DNA of 64,000 bases from Gekko japonicus (GCF_001447785.1 NW_015169220.1:124001-188000), one strand, 5' to 3'; counted from the stretch's first letter, positions 42,201-57,200 are shown. Made by a program: numbers and translations. The notes: generated from the sequence alone by a model not told the origin.

Positions 42201-45200
42201 TAAAAACGTAAATAAAAATAAATAAAAACATGTTAATTTAATATGTTTGATGGCTTGAACTTAATGTTTTTCTTTGTCGCTGTTTACTCAGAAGGTCTCA
42301 TAGCCACTTACAACACTTGTAATAGGATCTCAAGTATTTTAAGTTGCCATGAGACCCTCTGGGAGTACAGCAACTAAAATGTAATGAATAAATTTTGTTT
42401 TTCCTTTTTTATTTACATTTTTATAGTCTGTGTTTTTTCTAGGACTGAATAGGTTACTGTAGTTTGTTAAAGAAATGAAGTATAGCTTAGAAACGTATCA
42501 CTCCCACAATTGTGTGCTTTTATCAGTTGGCTACTTCTCTTTTAGGGTAGATATAATAAAGTGCTATATTCAAATAGAACATGTAAATGCTCACATGATA
42601 ACATTGAAACAATTGACTATACAATTATGGAATGTTCTATATTTAATGAGCTGAGGGCTAAATTAATTACTTCTTTACTCAGAAATGAGGAAATGCCCAC
42701 TGAGGCATCTGATAGTATGAGGGCAAGATGACATGGTTACTATTGGATATAAATGATTTTGTTACTCTGTGACAGAATTTATGGGAGCAATGATTAAACA
42801 ACAGAAGAATGTCATAATTTTATTTTCTGCTCAAGGCTATCGCTATATAAGCAGTACTACGGTAGATGTCTGTCTGTCTATCAGTGGTGACCTGCAAAAA
42901 ACTTGCATGGAAGGGGCATTCCCCCACCTTTGCTTCTTTTCCTCTCGTCCTTCTTCCCCTTTCTTTCTCTCCCCAACCCAATACTCCCTTCTTTCTCTTT
43001 CTCTCTCCTGGCCAAGCCAACTTTTCTTTCTCTTCTCCTCCCCCCACCATGCCAATACTACCTTCTTTCCTTTTCTCTCTCCTCCATGCCAATTCCCCCT
43101 TTTTTGTCTTTCTTTCTCCCCCCCAGCAAATCCCCCTTCTTTTTCTCCCTCTCCAAGCCAATCCCCCTTCTGTCTCCCCACAAGCCAGTACCCCCATATT
43201 TCACTTTCTCTCCCCCCCAGCTGATCCCCACTTCTTTCTCTCCCCTCAAGTCATTACCTCCATATTTCCCCTTCTCTCTTCCTCCATAGCCAATCCTCTC
43301 TTCTTTCCCCTTCCCTTTTCCCACCTTTAAGCCGGGCAGTGGTGCTGGCAGTGCCTGGAAGCTGCTCCAAGCCCAGGGCAGCTCCCAGTGGATTCCATGC
43401 CACTGTGGCTAGGCCCAGAGTGATTCCCAGTGTTTCATGCCACCATGGCTGGGCCCGGAAGCTCCCCTGGTGTTCTGCACTGCTGCAGCTGGGCCTGGAG
43501 CCTCTCCTGGAGTTTCACATTGCCACAGCCAGGCCCAGAGTGGCTCATAGTGTTCCCCACTACCACAGCTGAGCCCGGAGTGGCTCCCAGCATTCCCTGT
43601 TGTGGTGGGGCCTCGAGCAGCTCCATAGGAGCAAAAGCAGCAGCCGGGCCCTCAAAGGTCAAAGAGAGCCAGCTTGGTGTAGTGGTTAGGAGCACGGACT
43701 CTAATCTGGGAGAACTGGGTTTGATTCCCCACTCCTCCACATGCAGCTGCTGGTGTGACCTTGGGTCAGTAACAAGATCTTTCAGAGCTGTTCTCTCAGG
43801 AGCATTTCTTGAAAGATCCACATACCTCACAGGGTGTCTGTTGTGGGGAGGAGATTATAAACCGCTCTGAGACTCCTTCAGGTAGTAAAGGGCGAGGTAT
43901 AAATCCAATCTCTTCACCTCTTCTTTTATTGGGGGAGGGGGGGGGGTTAAACCTCCAAATGATTTTTATTTTTTTTACTTCTGATATTTTTCTGCAAACC
44001 TGGGGGTGGTTACCCAAGTTTGCAGAAAAACCTATTTGGGGTAAGTGTGCCCCATATCTGAGGATTTAGATACCCACAGATGGGGGTGCACACTTGGGAA
44101 TCTGTCTGATTCTCAACATGGCCTCATGTACGGATACTTATTTCCATAGATAGGGGGCACGTAGGGGGCAAAGAGATTTTTCTGCACACTTGGGGCACTC
44201 CCCAGGTGTGCAGAAAAATCATACATGTTTTTAAAGGTTTTAAAAGTAAAGACCATTCACTGTGCATGTGCAGAGAACACAACTTACTGAGGCTGTTCAG
44301 CCTCAGACTTCCCTAAGCCGGCGAGGCCGGGAACAAGAACGCCATGGCTCTCCACACCAGCGGGACCACAAGGGAGGCCACCAGAGCCATGGAGGAAGCT
44401 GCCATGGCAAGAGCCTTCCCTGGAGCTGTGAGTGAAACCATCACAACAGGAGCCCTCCTGGGAGCTGCGGGGGAAGCCATCACGGCAGGAACCACCCCCA
44501 CCAAGGCCGTTGGCAGAAGCGAGGGCGACAGGAACATGGCTTCCAAAGCTGCCGACAGGGGAATCCATTGGTCTGCAGAAGAATGGCTTCTCCAGGCGGG
44601 CCGGTGAGGGAGGGAAGGTCAGCTGGCCCAACCAGAGCAGCTCCAGGAGAGCTTGCGAGGAAAATGAGGGAGGAGGGAAGCCTTGGCAGGGGTGGGGGAG
44701 CAGACAGAGAGAAAAACAGAATGCTGGGGAGGGGTGGTAGAAAGAATTCTGGGGTGGGAGGGAAGAAAGAGAGAGAGACATTGATGAGCAGAAGGACAGA
44801 AAAGAGAGAGTGATGGGGCAGAACGAGAGAGAGATTGGACTGGGGGCAAAGACAGTGACAGACAGTAAGAAAATGGGTGGCAGGGTGGAGAAGGCATGAG
44901 AGACACAGAAGTAAGGGCCAAGGGGAGGAAACAAAGGTGGGGAGGAAACACCCTCCCCGCAAGTTTCTTGTGGGTCCCCTCTTGTTAGATATATAGGTCC
45001 CACTGTCTTTCTGCATCTGAGATTAGGTTATTGCTTTATCTTGTTCAACCTCTGAAGAACCTGAGTATTACAGACAGTATTTTATATATTGGGATGGATG
45101 GTGAGAGTGAGTTTTGCTGTGCCTCAAGAAAGTATGTGATCCCATTATTTTTTGCCTCATTTTCCTAGCCTTCACTGGTTGTGGAGTGAAAGGATGGAAG

Positions 45201-48200
45201 GCTGAACCTTTACTATGTCTTTCCCCCTGTTAGTACAGCAGGTGTCTTGCACATGGATGTTCTGGGAAAAAGTGACACTGAACAGCTTTCTGTATAAAAG
45301 GAGGATTCTGGGGGAAATTTTAAAAAATATGTACCCAATCCTTTCAAACAAAATCCATGAGAACCAGGAGCTGTGTATGTGTGCTACCCTCAAGCTGCCA
45401 GCAAATACTGTCATGTAGAGAGCAGTGCCAGACCATCAGATTCTGTAGATCAATTAAACTGAAGGGGTTTGCCATTGCTTTCCCTGCAGGCTTGGGGCCC
45501 AAAGGTGAAGGAGACTTGGGCTTTTAAGACTAAAGCACATCCTGGGACCTCGAGTTCCCCACGCCCAAATCCTTTAAGCAGCTAGATGCGCTGACCCCTT
45601 ACAGCTTTAAATGATTGGTGAGGGGTTGGTTATGTCTGGACTGACAATTAGAGGCAGACGAGATAAACATAGGCTGGGATACTATAGAGTGACATAGTTC
45701 TTTCCTGCCTTCCCACAGTAGCCCCTGAGACCTCCAAAATACTGATGCTGGAGACTGAAGGATTCTTGTGGACAAACAGCCGCAAGGTCCAGGGATGAGG
45801 GGCTGCCAGTTAAATTCCTTGCTTCAAGGAAGCACCATTGAAACAGGAAGGGAAGAGTGATCCCCCCCCCCAATTCCCTTTCCTTGCTATACCCCCCTTC
45901 TCAGGCCTTGGGCTTTTTGTCTGCATGTGGCCTGCATTCTCCAGCACCAGCATTTTATAAATTTTGGGGAAAGGCGGAGGATAGAAAGGGACAGTTTCCA
46001 GAGTATCCTTATACCCACACTCTATAGGATCCCAGCCATATTATTTTCTATAGCCATACTTAGATTTATTGCCACTGACAGAGGTGCATTTAATTAAGCC
46101 AGTTAGATTCCAATAACTAGGTTTCTGAGCTTTGTTAGTTACATTAAGACTAGACAACTTTGTAGGATTGACCTGTTAGTCCTGTGCATGTATTAGTCCT
46201 GTATTGTTTAGGATTGACCCTGTTAGTCCTGTATAGACAGTCTCACCGTTTAGTGAGAGAAGGAGGCTGGTTCACTTTGTGCATGTGGGGCATTGCCCTG
46301 ACAGAATGGACAGTACTACTTCAGTCTGCATTTTGGAATGTTGTTAAGGAAAAAACTCCCTAAAAACAGCAAACCAACATAGCAAGCAAAGAGGAGAGGT
46401 AGAAACTCTCTCTCTACTGTACTAGTTTTCTGCTTATATGGAAATTTTTGAAGCCAAAGAACATGCAATACTAGAATGCACCACCTGCAGCCTCCAATAA
46501 TGCAGTTCATTCTGCCTTCCCATTCTCCTGCATGTGTGAAGTGCACCAAACTTTTAATTAATCACTGAACATGCACAGTAGTTCAGAAGGCCATGCATGA
46601 CAGCTTCCCCCCCCCAATCAATTTAAATGGTAAACTGAATGGACCTGTAAGACTAGTCTTACAATGTAATGCTGATAATACCTTCCATTAAAAAATTTCC
46701 CTTGGTAACAGGAATGGGTGTAAAATCAATTCATTACCTTCTCAGTTTGTGCTGTTCCTGATTGTTGTGTGGGCCAGAAACAAGCTGAAGATGCCTCTGT
46801 GTAGGAGACACAGATCTGTATTGAATTCAAGCTCTAACTGCCTACAGATCAAACTTCTGGAGTTTTAATCACATTAATATTTCACAATTATAGATGTCTC
46901 ATAAATGTTCCTATTGATATATGCTTCTTTCTGTTCTGCCATGATCTTCTCAATAGCTATTCCAATATATTTTGTTTGAACAAGATATAAAGATGAGCCG
47001 TGTGTCAGAAATATATTAGGCAAGAAACTGCAAGTTTTTGTCATTCTTCTAGTCCTTCAAAGGCACTTTTGATGTTGAACTTGAGATCTCCTGCATCCAT
47101 AGTATGCAGTTTACCACTGAGCAACAGCCTCTCCCAGTTGGAAAATTGCCAGTTCCCAGGTTGGGAAACAGCCCTTCAAAGAAAAATGCTCCATCTGGAA
47201 CTGAGTACAAATCACAGCTGTATTAAATATGTCTATTGCTTGGCAGCCCCCACGACTATTTAACCATCTTTGTTTTATAGATGACTTCGATGAATTTAGG
47301 TCCACTAATGATGATGTTCTTCTCAGAAGTATTGCTGAAGATCTTCGACATTTTTTGCCCACTGATGGAATGCTTGCTTCTGAGCACTTCGCTATTCAAA
47401 AAGTAAGTTTTGTTCTTTCCATGTAGTAGTAAAAGTACCAGGTTATTTTGTGATTTGTGCTACCTAAAGCTTTGTTCTAATGCTGATTTGTGAATGAACT
47501 CAGTAAATCACTGTCACGACCTGTGCGGCAGAGGCATGATCTGTTTTCCACCTTTAGGGTTGCCAGGTCCCTTTTGCCAGGGGGACAGATCTCTGTTGTC
47601 CGGAGTTCAGTTGTAATTCTGGGGGATCTTCAGGTCCCCACCTGAAGACTGGCAAACCTTGGCCTAGCAGCACCCTTATTGGAATTTTTCAGATATATTC
47701 AGGATCCAGATTGATATTTGCGGATTTTCGGGGCTGGTGTTTTAAAGCTCCAGACTTAGTGGGGTGGTTGCTTTTGGCGGATTTCCTGGGCAACAGGAGG
47801 GAGGGGGGAGGGAAGTGGCTCTCTCAGGCAACTGAAATCACACATTAGGGGAGCTTGCCAGTGTGTGCCTGACACACACTGAGTCAACATTTTCAGTGAA
47901 TTATCTACCATGACTCCAAGATCTCTGTCCTGGTCAGTTACCGTCAGTTCAGACCCTATCAACGTATATTTATATTTAGGATTTTTGGCTTCAGTGTGCA
48001 TTACTTTGCACTTGCCCATGTTGAACCTCATTTGCCAAGCTGATGCTCACTCACCCAGGCTTGACAGATCACTCTGAAGCGCCTCACAGTCCTCCCTGGT
48101 TATCACTGCCCTGAACAACTTAGTGTCATCCACAAACTTAGCCACTTTACTGCTTACTCGCAACTCCAAATCATTAATGAACAAGTTAAAAAGCACCAGA

Positions 48201-51200
48201 CCTAGTACCAAGCCCAGTGGTACTCCGCTGCTTACCACTTTCCACTGTGAAAACTGCCCGTTTATACTCTCTGTTTCCTGTTAATTAACCCGTTTTTAAT
48301 CCACAAGAGGACTTGTCCTCTTATCCCATGACTGATGAGTTTACTTAGGAGCCTTTGATGAGGAACTTTATCAAAAGCTTTCTGGAAGTCTAGGTAAACA
48401 ATATCTACTGGATCACCCTTGTCCACCTGTTTGTTTACCCCCCCCCAAAGAACTCTAAAAGTTTATTAAAACTCTAAAATACTCTTAAAGGCCGGCTGAA
48501 TGGTATATAGCTTTTAAGAGTGTCTGCCTGTGACTAAGCCTTGTGGATGCAGCATTTGGTGCCAGAGAGTGCCCTGGAGAAGGGGGGGTCTGGAGTAATT
48601 CCCTCCCCCAAAGCTTTCATAGAGTAGTAGCCATCTACTCCACAACCTCTGGAGATCTCTTTGACTTTCTTTAAAACTTCATATCTTGCAAATGACAAAG
48701 ATCCAGCCACCCAGAAGTAAGGCTCTGTGGAAGAGATGTTAGCCAAATTGCCTTAATTTATTAATAAATGTAGGTAATTATGAGTATTAAATGGCAATAG
48801 GCATTAAATATAAGATCAGAACCTGTGTATATGGGAGTTAGAGTTCCCAGGACCCAGGAAGAGATGCTGGATAGCTAAAATAGTGATTTCTTTACTAAAG
48901 GTTCTTCAAGCATACAAACAAAAATCAAGCATTCACACACACAATACAGAGTTAAGAATATAGAGTTGAAAGGATAGAAATATTTGCATGAGCAGGATTA
49001 TTGTTGGTGGGGTAATACTTCACCTGTCTGATGAGATGCAAAAACTGGGACACAGTGAGGGGGAAGGGATCGTGAGTTGACCAGCAACACACGTGGACTG
49101 ATTCCAAACAGGCCTAGATTTGGAACCTACAAGATAGGGTGGGGGTGGGATAGGCAACACCCAAGAGAGAGAGCAATGGCTGGATGCTCTCTTTTTATCC
49201 CTAAATTGTGACTTGGGGCAGTTGCCTGTTGTCACATGGTGCCCAGGAAATATTGACCAAAAACTTAAACTATGAATAGGGCAGAAAAGGGATTAATGGT
49301 TGGGCAATTGCAGGTAATGGCTTGGCTAGGAGTGACCCCTCTTAGGAGAATGGGAAATACAAAGGAGGCAAGGAAGAGAACCAATCAGGTTGCAGGACTG
49401 GCACTTTGGGTTAACAACCAGGTGCTTGACAGCTGCGTTATCTTGATGGGTGGCAGGAAGACTTGATGGCTCGTTGCTGTCATCATTGGGCACATCCTTT
49501 TGTTTTAGTCTGGAGAGGAATGCGTGCTTCTTTTAGTGATGTTAATACGTGGGGAATGCTGCGTAATGGAAGAGAGTATTGTTCATGGTATCTGTGCAGG
49601 AACATCTTGTCCTTTTTGCAGAATATGGCTTCCCTCTATGATCTGCTGCTGTTTCTGTGTGTATGGAGGTCAGGGAGTGTTTGTCTGCATTCTGGTACTG
49701 GCGATGCAGGAGCAAGAGGCTTCTTGTAGTCCATGGGTCCACATTTGGCTTGGCATGCTGCTTTAGGCACAAGGCTTCCCTTGGCTAAAGCACATTCCAT
49801 AGTCCAATATAGGGGCACTTCTCTTGGACTACAGTTCTGTCCATTGCCCTGACATACTCTTTTCACATTTCAGCAAAGCAGTCATTTTGAGAGTCTTTAA
49901 TAATGCCATCTGAAGTGGCTGCATGGCGACAGAGAGCTTCCCTGCCCCACAACAGCATTATAACTGTTTCCAGTTTTTAACTTTGAAACAGTGCCCAGTA
50001 CATATTAGAAATCTTTGTAGAAAATCTTTTGAGGTGAATAGTAATCAATGGATATGGATTGTCATATGTATTTTTAGAACATTGGTTCAAGATCACCAGA
50101 AAAGTGACACATCTACTTTGTTGTGACTAAATGTATTGCTGAATATGATCTGTTTAAGTCCTAAAGTTTGGTGAACCATGAACAGTGCAGTCCTAAGCAG
50201 AGTTATCCTCTTTTAAATCCATTTAAGTCAGTAGGATTAAAAGGGCATAAGATTGCACCATATGACTTATTACTGCAAGTATGTAGTAGGAATCAACCTT
50301 AAGCATTTTGAACCCTTATGTGCAATACTAAAATAGCATATTAAAAATATTTGCTCAATATTTATGGTTTTTCTTCAGCTATATCAGCAAACAAAGCCCA
50401 CTGTGCATATTGATGCATTCCTTTATGATGATGAAATTATTGATTCCTTATGTGAAGAAGGGAAGATGAGTAGAAACTACTGCCTAACTTGTGGTTCTCA
50501 TCAGACAGCGCCATTAGGTAAGCATATGATGCACTCAGAAGTGTTTGTCTGCACAGTAGATCCAGGAGGGCTCCTGTATGTGATGGAGAATAAAGTGAAG
50601 CTGGAGTTTCCACTGCCTCAAATACAGTACATGCCAGTGCTAGGGTATACCCAAGCAGAGACTGTATTCCCTAGATCCAAATGACTTCTGAATTGGGATA
50701 CACTCTGGAAGTTACCTCCTGTTATTGGGCACCGGAATGTGATGGAAACCAGTAAAATCGGTGCTTCTGCTATCAAAAGCAGTTGGAAGACTTAAGGAAC
50801 TGGAGAATTGTTCATTCATTATAATGGATGGTAGTTGCCTTCCTCCAGTGTTAGAGAAAATCAGCAAATACATTGAACATAAAATGCATGCTTGCAGCTT
50901 TCCATTCTTCCCCAAAAATATATTGGTTAAAAAGCCTAAAGTAGTGGCATCCATAGTGTGGCCCATAGGCCACTACCAACCTGTGGACCCTTTTCATCCA
51001 GCAATCAATGAACTTAATAAACAAATGCAACAGAATTGAAGGCTGCCATGTACCCAGGTTGCTGAAATTCAATGAGAACTTTTCTACACTCATATCAACA
51101 ATAAAACAGTGAAAGGTCACTAGTAAAAGATGAAATGACAATTCAGTTACAGTAATTGAAAAAAACAAACAAACTACGGAGCAGAACAGCAGCTGCTTCC

Positions 51201-54200
51201 AATTTCCAAATGGCTCTTTAATTATTGTTTTTGCCTGACATCTAAAAACAGCTAAAGATTATCATTTCACCTTAACAAACAAGTTCCTAAGTCAGGAAGC
51301 AACAAGAGATCAGGCTTTAATCTGTACCTCATTTTATACAGCACCATGTTGGAATTGTGTAATATAAAATGGTTTCAAACCATTTGTTTGATCTAGAAGC
51401 TGACGTGGGGATACAGGGGCTTGCTTTGCAGTGGCCTGTTTCCTTTCTCCAAGGTCGGGGACAAAGGGTGGCGCTAGGGGAACAGCAGTCCCGGAGGCAC
51501 CTGCTTGAATGTGGAGTGCCTCAGGGGGCGGTGCTTTCCCCAATGCTTTTTAATATCTACATGCGCCCCCTTGCCCAGATTGCCCAGAGGTTTGGGCTGG
51601 GATGTCACCAGTACGCTGATGACACCCAGCTCTATCTGATGTTGGGCGGTTAGTCAGACTCCAGACCGGAAGATCTGGACTAGGCATTGCACGCTGTGGC
51701 TGGTTGGCTCAGGTTGTGTCAGCTGAAGCGAAACCCGGCGAAGACGGAGGTCCTGTGCCTGAGTCGGGGCAGTTCAGGGTTGGGGTTCCTGCTTCCGGCT
51801 TTCGACGGGGCGTCATTGGTGCCTGCGCCGGTGGTTATGAGTTTGGGAGTGCTCCTGGAACCCTCCCTGGCAGTGGAGGCCCAGGTAGCAGCCACTGCTA
51901 AGTTGGTCTTCTACGACCTGCGGTTGGTTCNNNNNNNNNNNNNNNNNNNNNNNNNNNNNNNNNNNNNNNNNNNNNNNNNNNNNNNNNNNNNNNNNNNNNN
52001 NNNNNNNNNNNNNNNNNNNNNNNNNNNNNNNNNNNNNNNNNNNNNNNNNNNNNNNNNNNNNNNNNNNNNNNNNNNNNNNNNNNNNNNNNNNNNNNNNNNN
52101 NNNNNNNNNNNNNNNNNNNNNNNNNNNNNNNNNNNNNNNNNNNNNNNNNNNNNNNNNNNNNNNNNNNNNNNNNNNNNNNNNNNNNNNNNNNTTCCGCAGG
52201 GCCTGCAAGACGGAGCTCTTCCACCAGGCCTTCAATTAGGAGCCGCCCACATTACCATCAATGACCACTATTAATATCTGTGGTGGAGGCTGGCTGCAGT
52301 GAGATCAAGCCAAACTGCCTAGGAGCTTGTAATTGCCTGAGCCTGCATGACATGTTACGCCATCTTGGTTAATAATCACTGAGTGCACTTTAATCGGAAA
52401 TTGTTGATTGTATAAATGTTTTAACAGTGTTAAACGTTTTAAGTTTTAAATGTGTTGACTGTATATGAACCTTGGCACACTGTGCCAGGCAATGTGAGCC
52501 GCCCTGAGCCCACTTGCGGGGAGGGTGGGTTATAAATACAATAAATAAATAAATAAGCAGATGAGATGATGTCTTGACTGGATCTTCCCAGTGGAATTCT
52601 GTAGTACTGGAAGAAGGGAGCTCCCGATCGCCGCCGAAGGCAATGGCGGTCAGGGGCTGGTTTGCCGCCGCGGGGAAGGCGGGGACGGAAGCAGCGTCCC
52701 AGCGCAGAGAGCTGGGACGTGGGGGGGCGGAGCCGGCCTGGCTAGGCTCGGCTCCGCTCCCGCCCCTCTGGGCAGTTGCAGCACCGGGAACTGGGGGGGT
52801 CTTCAGGAATGGCTTGCGGGCTATTAAGGCCCCGGGTGGGGAATGAGGACCCCCTCTGGGAGCCTCTTGGGTTAAGCTCCTCTCTGCAAACTGTAGGGTT
52901 TCAGGGGTAGGCACTCCCGGGAGGTGACCCGTGGCTGGGCTGCTGGTCGCAAGCCAGGTTAATGGCCCAAGACCGGGGTCGGTGCCTCGCCCAGATATAT
53001 CAGACAAGGAGGCTGGTCAGCCTGACGCCTGCCTTGTCTGTTCCGCTACTTAGGAAGTGCTCCCTTGCCGGTTGCTATTAATAAATTGTATATAGTTAAT
53101 AAAGTGGCCCTTGTTTAATCCAATATGGTTGTCCGTCTCGTTATTCCCGCTGTGGGGGCAATTAAACTGCTTCTCCCTTCCCCACATGGCCTTAGTTTGA
53201 ATTGGAATGCTCCTTTCCTCCAAGTAGTACGGGATCACTGCCATTGACTTTCGGATGGTTTATCTGAAGTCACAGCAGACTGTCGAGAAAAGCTTGAAAA
53301 GCATCTGCACGTGGCTGGTATTGAGAGTATTCTTGTCATACTCTCAACAAGTGGGAGATGACAATTCTGAAGAGAAGACTTGTTTTAATCCGTATNNNNN
53401 NNNNNNNNNNNNNNNNNNNNNNNNNNNNNNNTTTTCCACAGAGTTCATTTCCCATTCATTTTCCCTCATGGAACTGAAATTCCTCTACTACCATGTTCTA
53501 CCTGATTTGACAGGGAAAGTAGTGGTTGATGTTGGTTCCAGACTTGGTGCAGTACTGTTTGGGGTAAAACCTTATCTGGGAATTTGTTTAAAATTTTTGA
53601 TTTTTTCTGAGTGTTCACGTTCATTTACTGTTTTGTTGGCCTGCAGATTTAATGTATTGATTTCTCTGGTTCAAAATTGTACATGCAATTATGACTCTAG
53701 CAGTAGTGGGCCTTGTTCTTTAAGGTCAGAGGAGTGATTTTGACAGTAAGCATTCTTTTCTCTGTAGGCACTGATGCTATTGTGTATTCCTGTTACGTGG
53801 TATTATTACAGAGCAGGGTCACTTCAGCCAACTATTTGCTGGCCAAAGTGATGTACTTACCCATATATTTTGACTAGTTTTTGGCAAATTCAGCTACCCA
53901 AGTCAGATATAATGTTCAGGAATGTTATAAACAATATAGATTTTTTTAAACTTAGGAAATTGTAGTTTATTTTCAGTATTTATTGTTGTTTTGTTACCTG
54001 ATTAGGCCAATAACTCTGTAAAGCTTGAGCTCTATAATTCTCCAGTGTCCTTTCCTGAAAGCTTTGCAGCAGGGCTATTCATCAGAGATTAGGGCACATT
54101 GCTTTGCATGGAGAAAGTCCCACATTCAGTCCTTGTTAGGTCCAGATCAAAGGATCTTGAACAGAAAAGCCTGGAACGATCTGTCAGGCCTTGAAGTGCC

Positions 54201-57200
54201 AGTTACAACTGACAGTACTGGATTCAATAGTGTCTGTCTAAAGCAGTTTAATTAAAAAAAAATAGACCCTTTATTACAAAAGGAAATCAAAATTGTAGCT
54301 TACCCAAATAGTTTTCTTCTTTAAAACCAGAGACAAAGTAGATAGAACATATACGTAAAGAACCAGGATATGGCTGAAATGGCTTTAAGGAAGTATACAA
54401 CACCCATGCAGACTGAGGGGGCCAGTCTCTGGCAGTGGCTTTTCAAATTCTTTGGCAGCAGACCCCAGGGAAGCCTTCAGCCTCCATGTCTGCCAGGAGT
54501 CTCCCCCCCCCCAAACTGCTCAGATGCTGACTAACCCCATTTTGGAGCCAGGGACCACACGCCATTGCCTGCCAGCCTCAGGGGAAGTGAGGGAGGACCC
54601 CTGCCCTCTCTCCCAAGCCCCCCAGCTGCAAAAGCAGCCTCAGTTATGTCTTGGGCTGTCACTTTTCGCAAATAGTTACTGCTTTGTCAGCTTTTGTGAA
54701 ATGTATCCTAAAAACAAAGCTAAGATGGAAGATCACCTCAGGATAAAGCATGCATAAGATTTTAAAAATAGTTCTTTTCATCATATTCTTTGGCTTCCTT
54801 TACAAAAGTGGCAATTGGCCATATTTTATCTGCAGACAGCTTTCTTGCCAGAGGGTTAAAAGGTTTCAGAAAGCTATAATGAAAGCATGAGTCAAGGATG
54901 GTGTATGATTTGTGAGTCTTATCTCACAGGCTCAGGGGCTTTTTTTTACTTGCCCCAACAATCATTAAATGCAGTGTATAGCATTCATAAGAGTTAATGC
55001 TACAAATGCTTGTTAAATATCCCTATATGTTAAACATTCACCTAGGTTTTGTTAGAAATTCTCCTTGAGCATAAACGTCCTATGATTGGTCTAAGCTCTG
55101 TTTTAAGCAGTGAGCCTGGCACATGGCCCTGTGTAAGGAAGGCCCAAAAGCAAATCCTGATGATAAATGAAAGCAAATCTCTAATGCAGTTTAATTTTAT
55201 GTCTTGGTTTTAAAAAAAACACAACAACTTGGACTTCTTAATTTTATTCTAGGGCTACTTTTACAGCTCAGCATCTCAGATCTATGGAGTTGAAATGAAT
55301 GCAGATTTTTGCCACATGCAAGAAGTTATTGTTACCAAATACCAACTTGATGAAAGAATAAAGGTGAATAGCACACATCTGACCATTTGCTTTATTTTCA
55401 GAGAGACTGCAAGTTAGCCAATCGACTAGAGATACACATCAATTTTTGTCACTCAGACAAGTGGTGTAAAACCTCACACAGCTGTTCTTCTAGGGAATAT
55501 GCCTGAATCAGTCAGCTGGTTCTGAGCGGTTGCATGACGGCAACAAACCTGATCTCAGCTATTTTGAAGTTAAAAAGGAAGACAGAGGAAAATACAGATT
55601 CAGAATATGAGTGAGGACGACAACTCAAGATGTAGTAGAGAGTGAGATGATTTTAAGGCTTCCCATGGTTTTGCCATTCTTGCAGTATTTCTACTCTGGG
55701 CCTTATACACTGTTGAAATGTACTCGCTTTGGGTAGTGCCTGTTCAGTGGAGATCAGTCAATGGGTAGTAACAATTAATGGAATGGGGTTAACTGGGATA
55801 GGGCAAAAGTGTTATCCTTTCCCATTTTGCCCTCAATTCTCAGCTCATGCTGATGACATCCTGTGTCTCCTTCCGGCTCTCTTAACATGTATTCAGTTTT
55901 TCATCTCATTGCAACTCAAAATGTATCATCATCTCCCAGTGTATGTGTTTGTGTGTAATGGCTTAGTCCAGTAATGAGTCAGTGGACCCTGAGGAGAACC
56001 TACAAGAAAGATTGATGTAGGTAACTCTTTTCTAATATGTAGGTGTTAGCGATGAGGACTGTCCAATGAGAGTCATTTATGTTAATAAGCTGTAAAATTT
56101 TCTTCCTTCAGGTGCTTAATGCAGACATACGTACCCAGGCTTCGCTTCTTCAGAATGCTGACGCTGTTGTAATGAATAATGTCTTTGAATATTTCCTTGA
56201 CAAAGAGGAACAGGCCAGGTAGGCTGTGTGTTCTAGACATTTTTAAAAACCAGAAATACACGTTTGGCAATACAGCTAGCTAGCATTGCATTGCATATTC
56301 TACACCCCTTTTTCTAAAAAAAACACAAAAAACAAGATCTGAAATGTATATCAAAATAAATTCTGAATATTATTAGAGGCCAACTCAAAGATCCTTTTTA
56401 GGCTAAGAGCCTGTATATAAAGCTTTTGAATAAACGATTATCTTCCCATTTGGATGCAATGTTTTGTTTTTGTACTTAATGGACAAAGAATACCAAGACC
56501 ATCAACACACGTTTGGGCTTATATTTCCTACCAGCGGCTATGAGAATGGCCTAGAGACTGAAGTACTTCATTTTTCCTCCACTATGATACTCAAAAGTCT
56601 GGGATGTTGCCATGATGGAGAAACTTGCTTGCCACTTCAGTTCTTACAAAACTGTAAAATGGGAAACTCTGTTTCTGAAATCATTACCTTTTTGACATGC
56701 TTTGCATGACAGGTCTTGGTAATCTGAAATATTATTCTAATGTGACTGGACTGATCATGGTTTATGTATTTAGGGGTTCAATCTGTACAATGAATTCACA
56801 GCTTTACTTTGTATTTTCTTTCAAATGGGTGGATCATCTGGTTTGCTATAACAAAGAAATCCTGTAAGTTTCTCTATGTGTAACATTTTGTTTTGTGTAG
56901 TAAACTATCAAAAACAGCTGATACCATACAACTTTTGATCTAGTGTTCCCAACATACCTTAGGACTTTCATTAATATAAGAAACATGTTTTTTTTAAAAA
57001 AAAAATAGTTTATTTAAGGCATTATTTACAGTAAGGCAAGGCTTGTCTTTTTGTCTTGATTTTTGAAAGGTTTCTGTACTAATTTTTTCCAAAATGGTTG
57101 TGTTCATTAAAAAATGATCAAATTCTTAAATTCTGTTAGCAGACTTAGCAACTACAGTATCAGAAGAATCAAATAAGTCTGTTGAAAGGAAGAAGACAGT

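Noticed and set aside
42769-43330. Overlapping 88-154 aa ORFs on both strands (also 2951-3508, 44284-45016)
   Set aside because: Products of CT/GA low-complexity and GC-rich repeat sequence that lacks stop codons
52390-53007. 205-aa - strand ORF (also ORFs at 57588-58201)
   Set aside because: Lie in GC-rich repeat inserts; low-complexity translations with no domain signal
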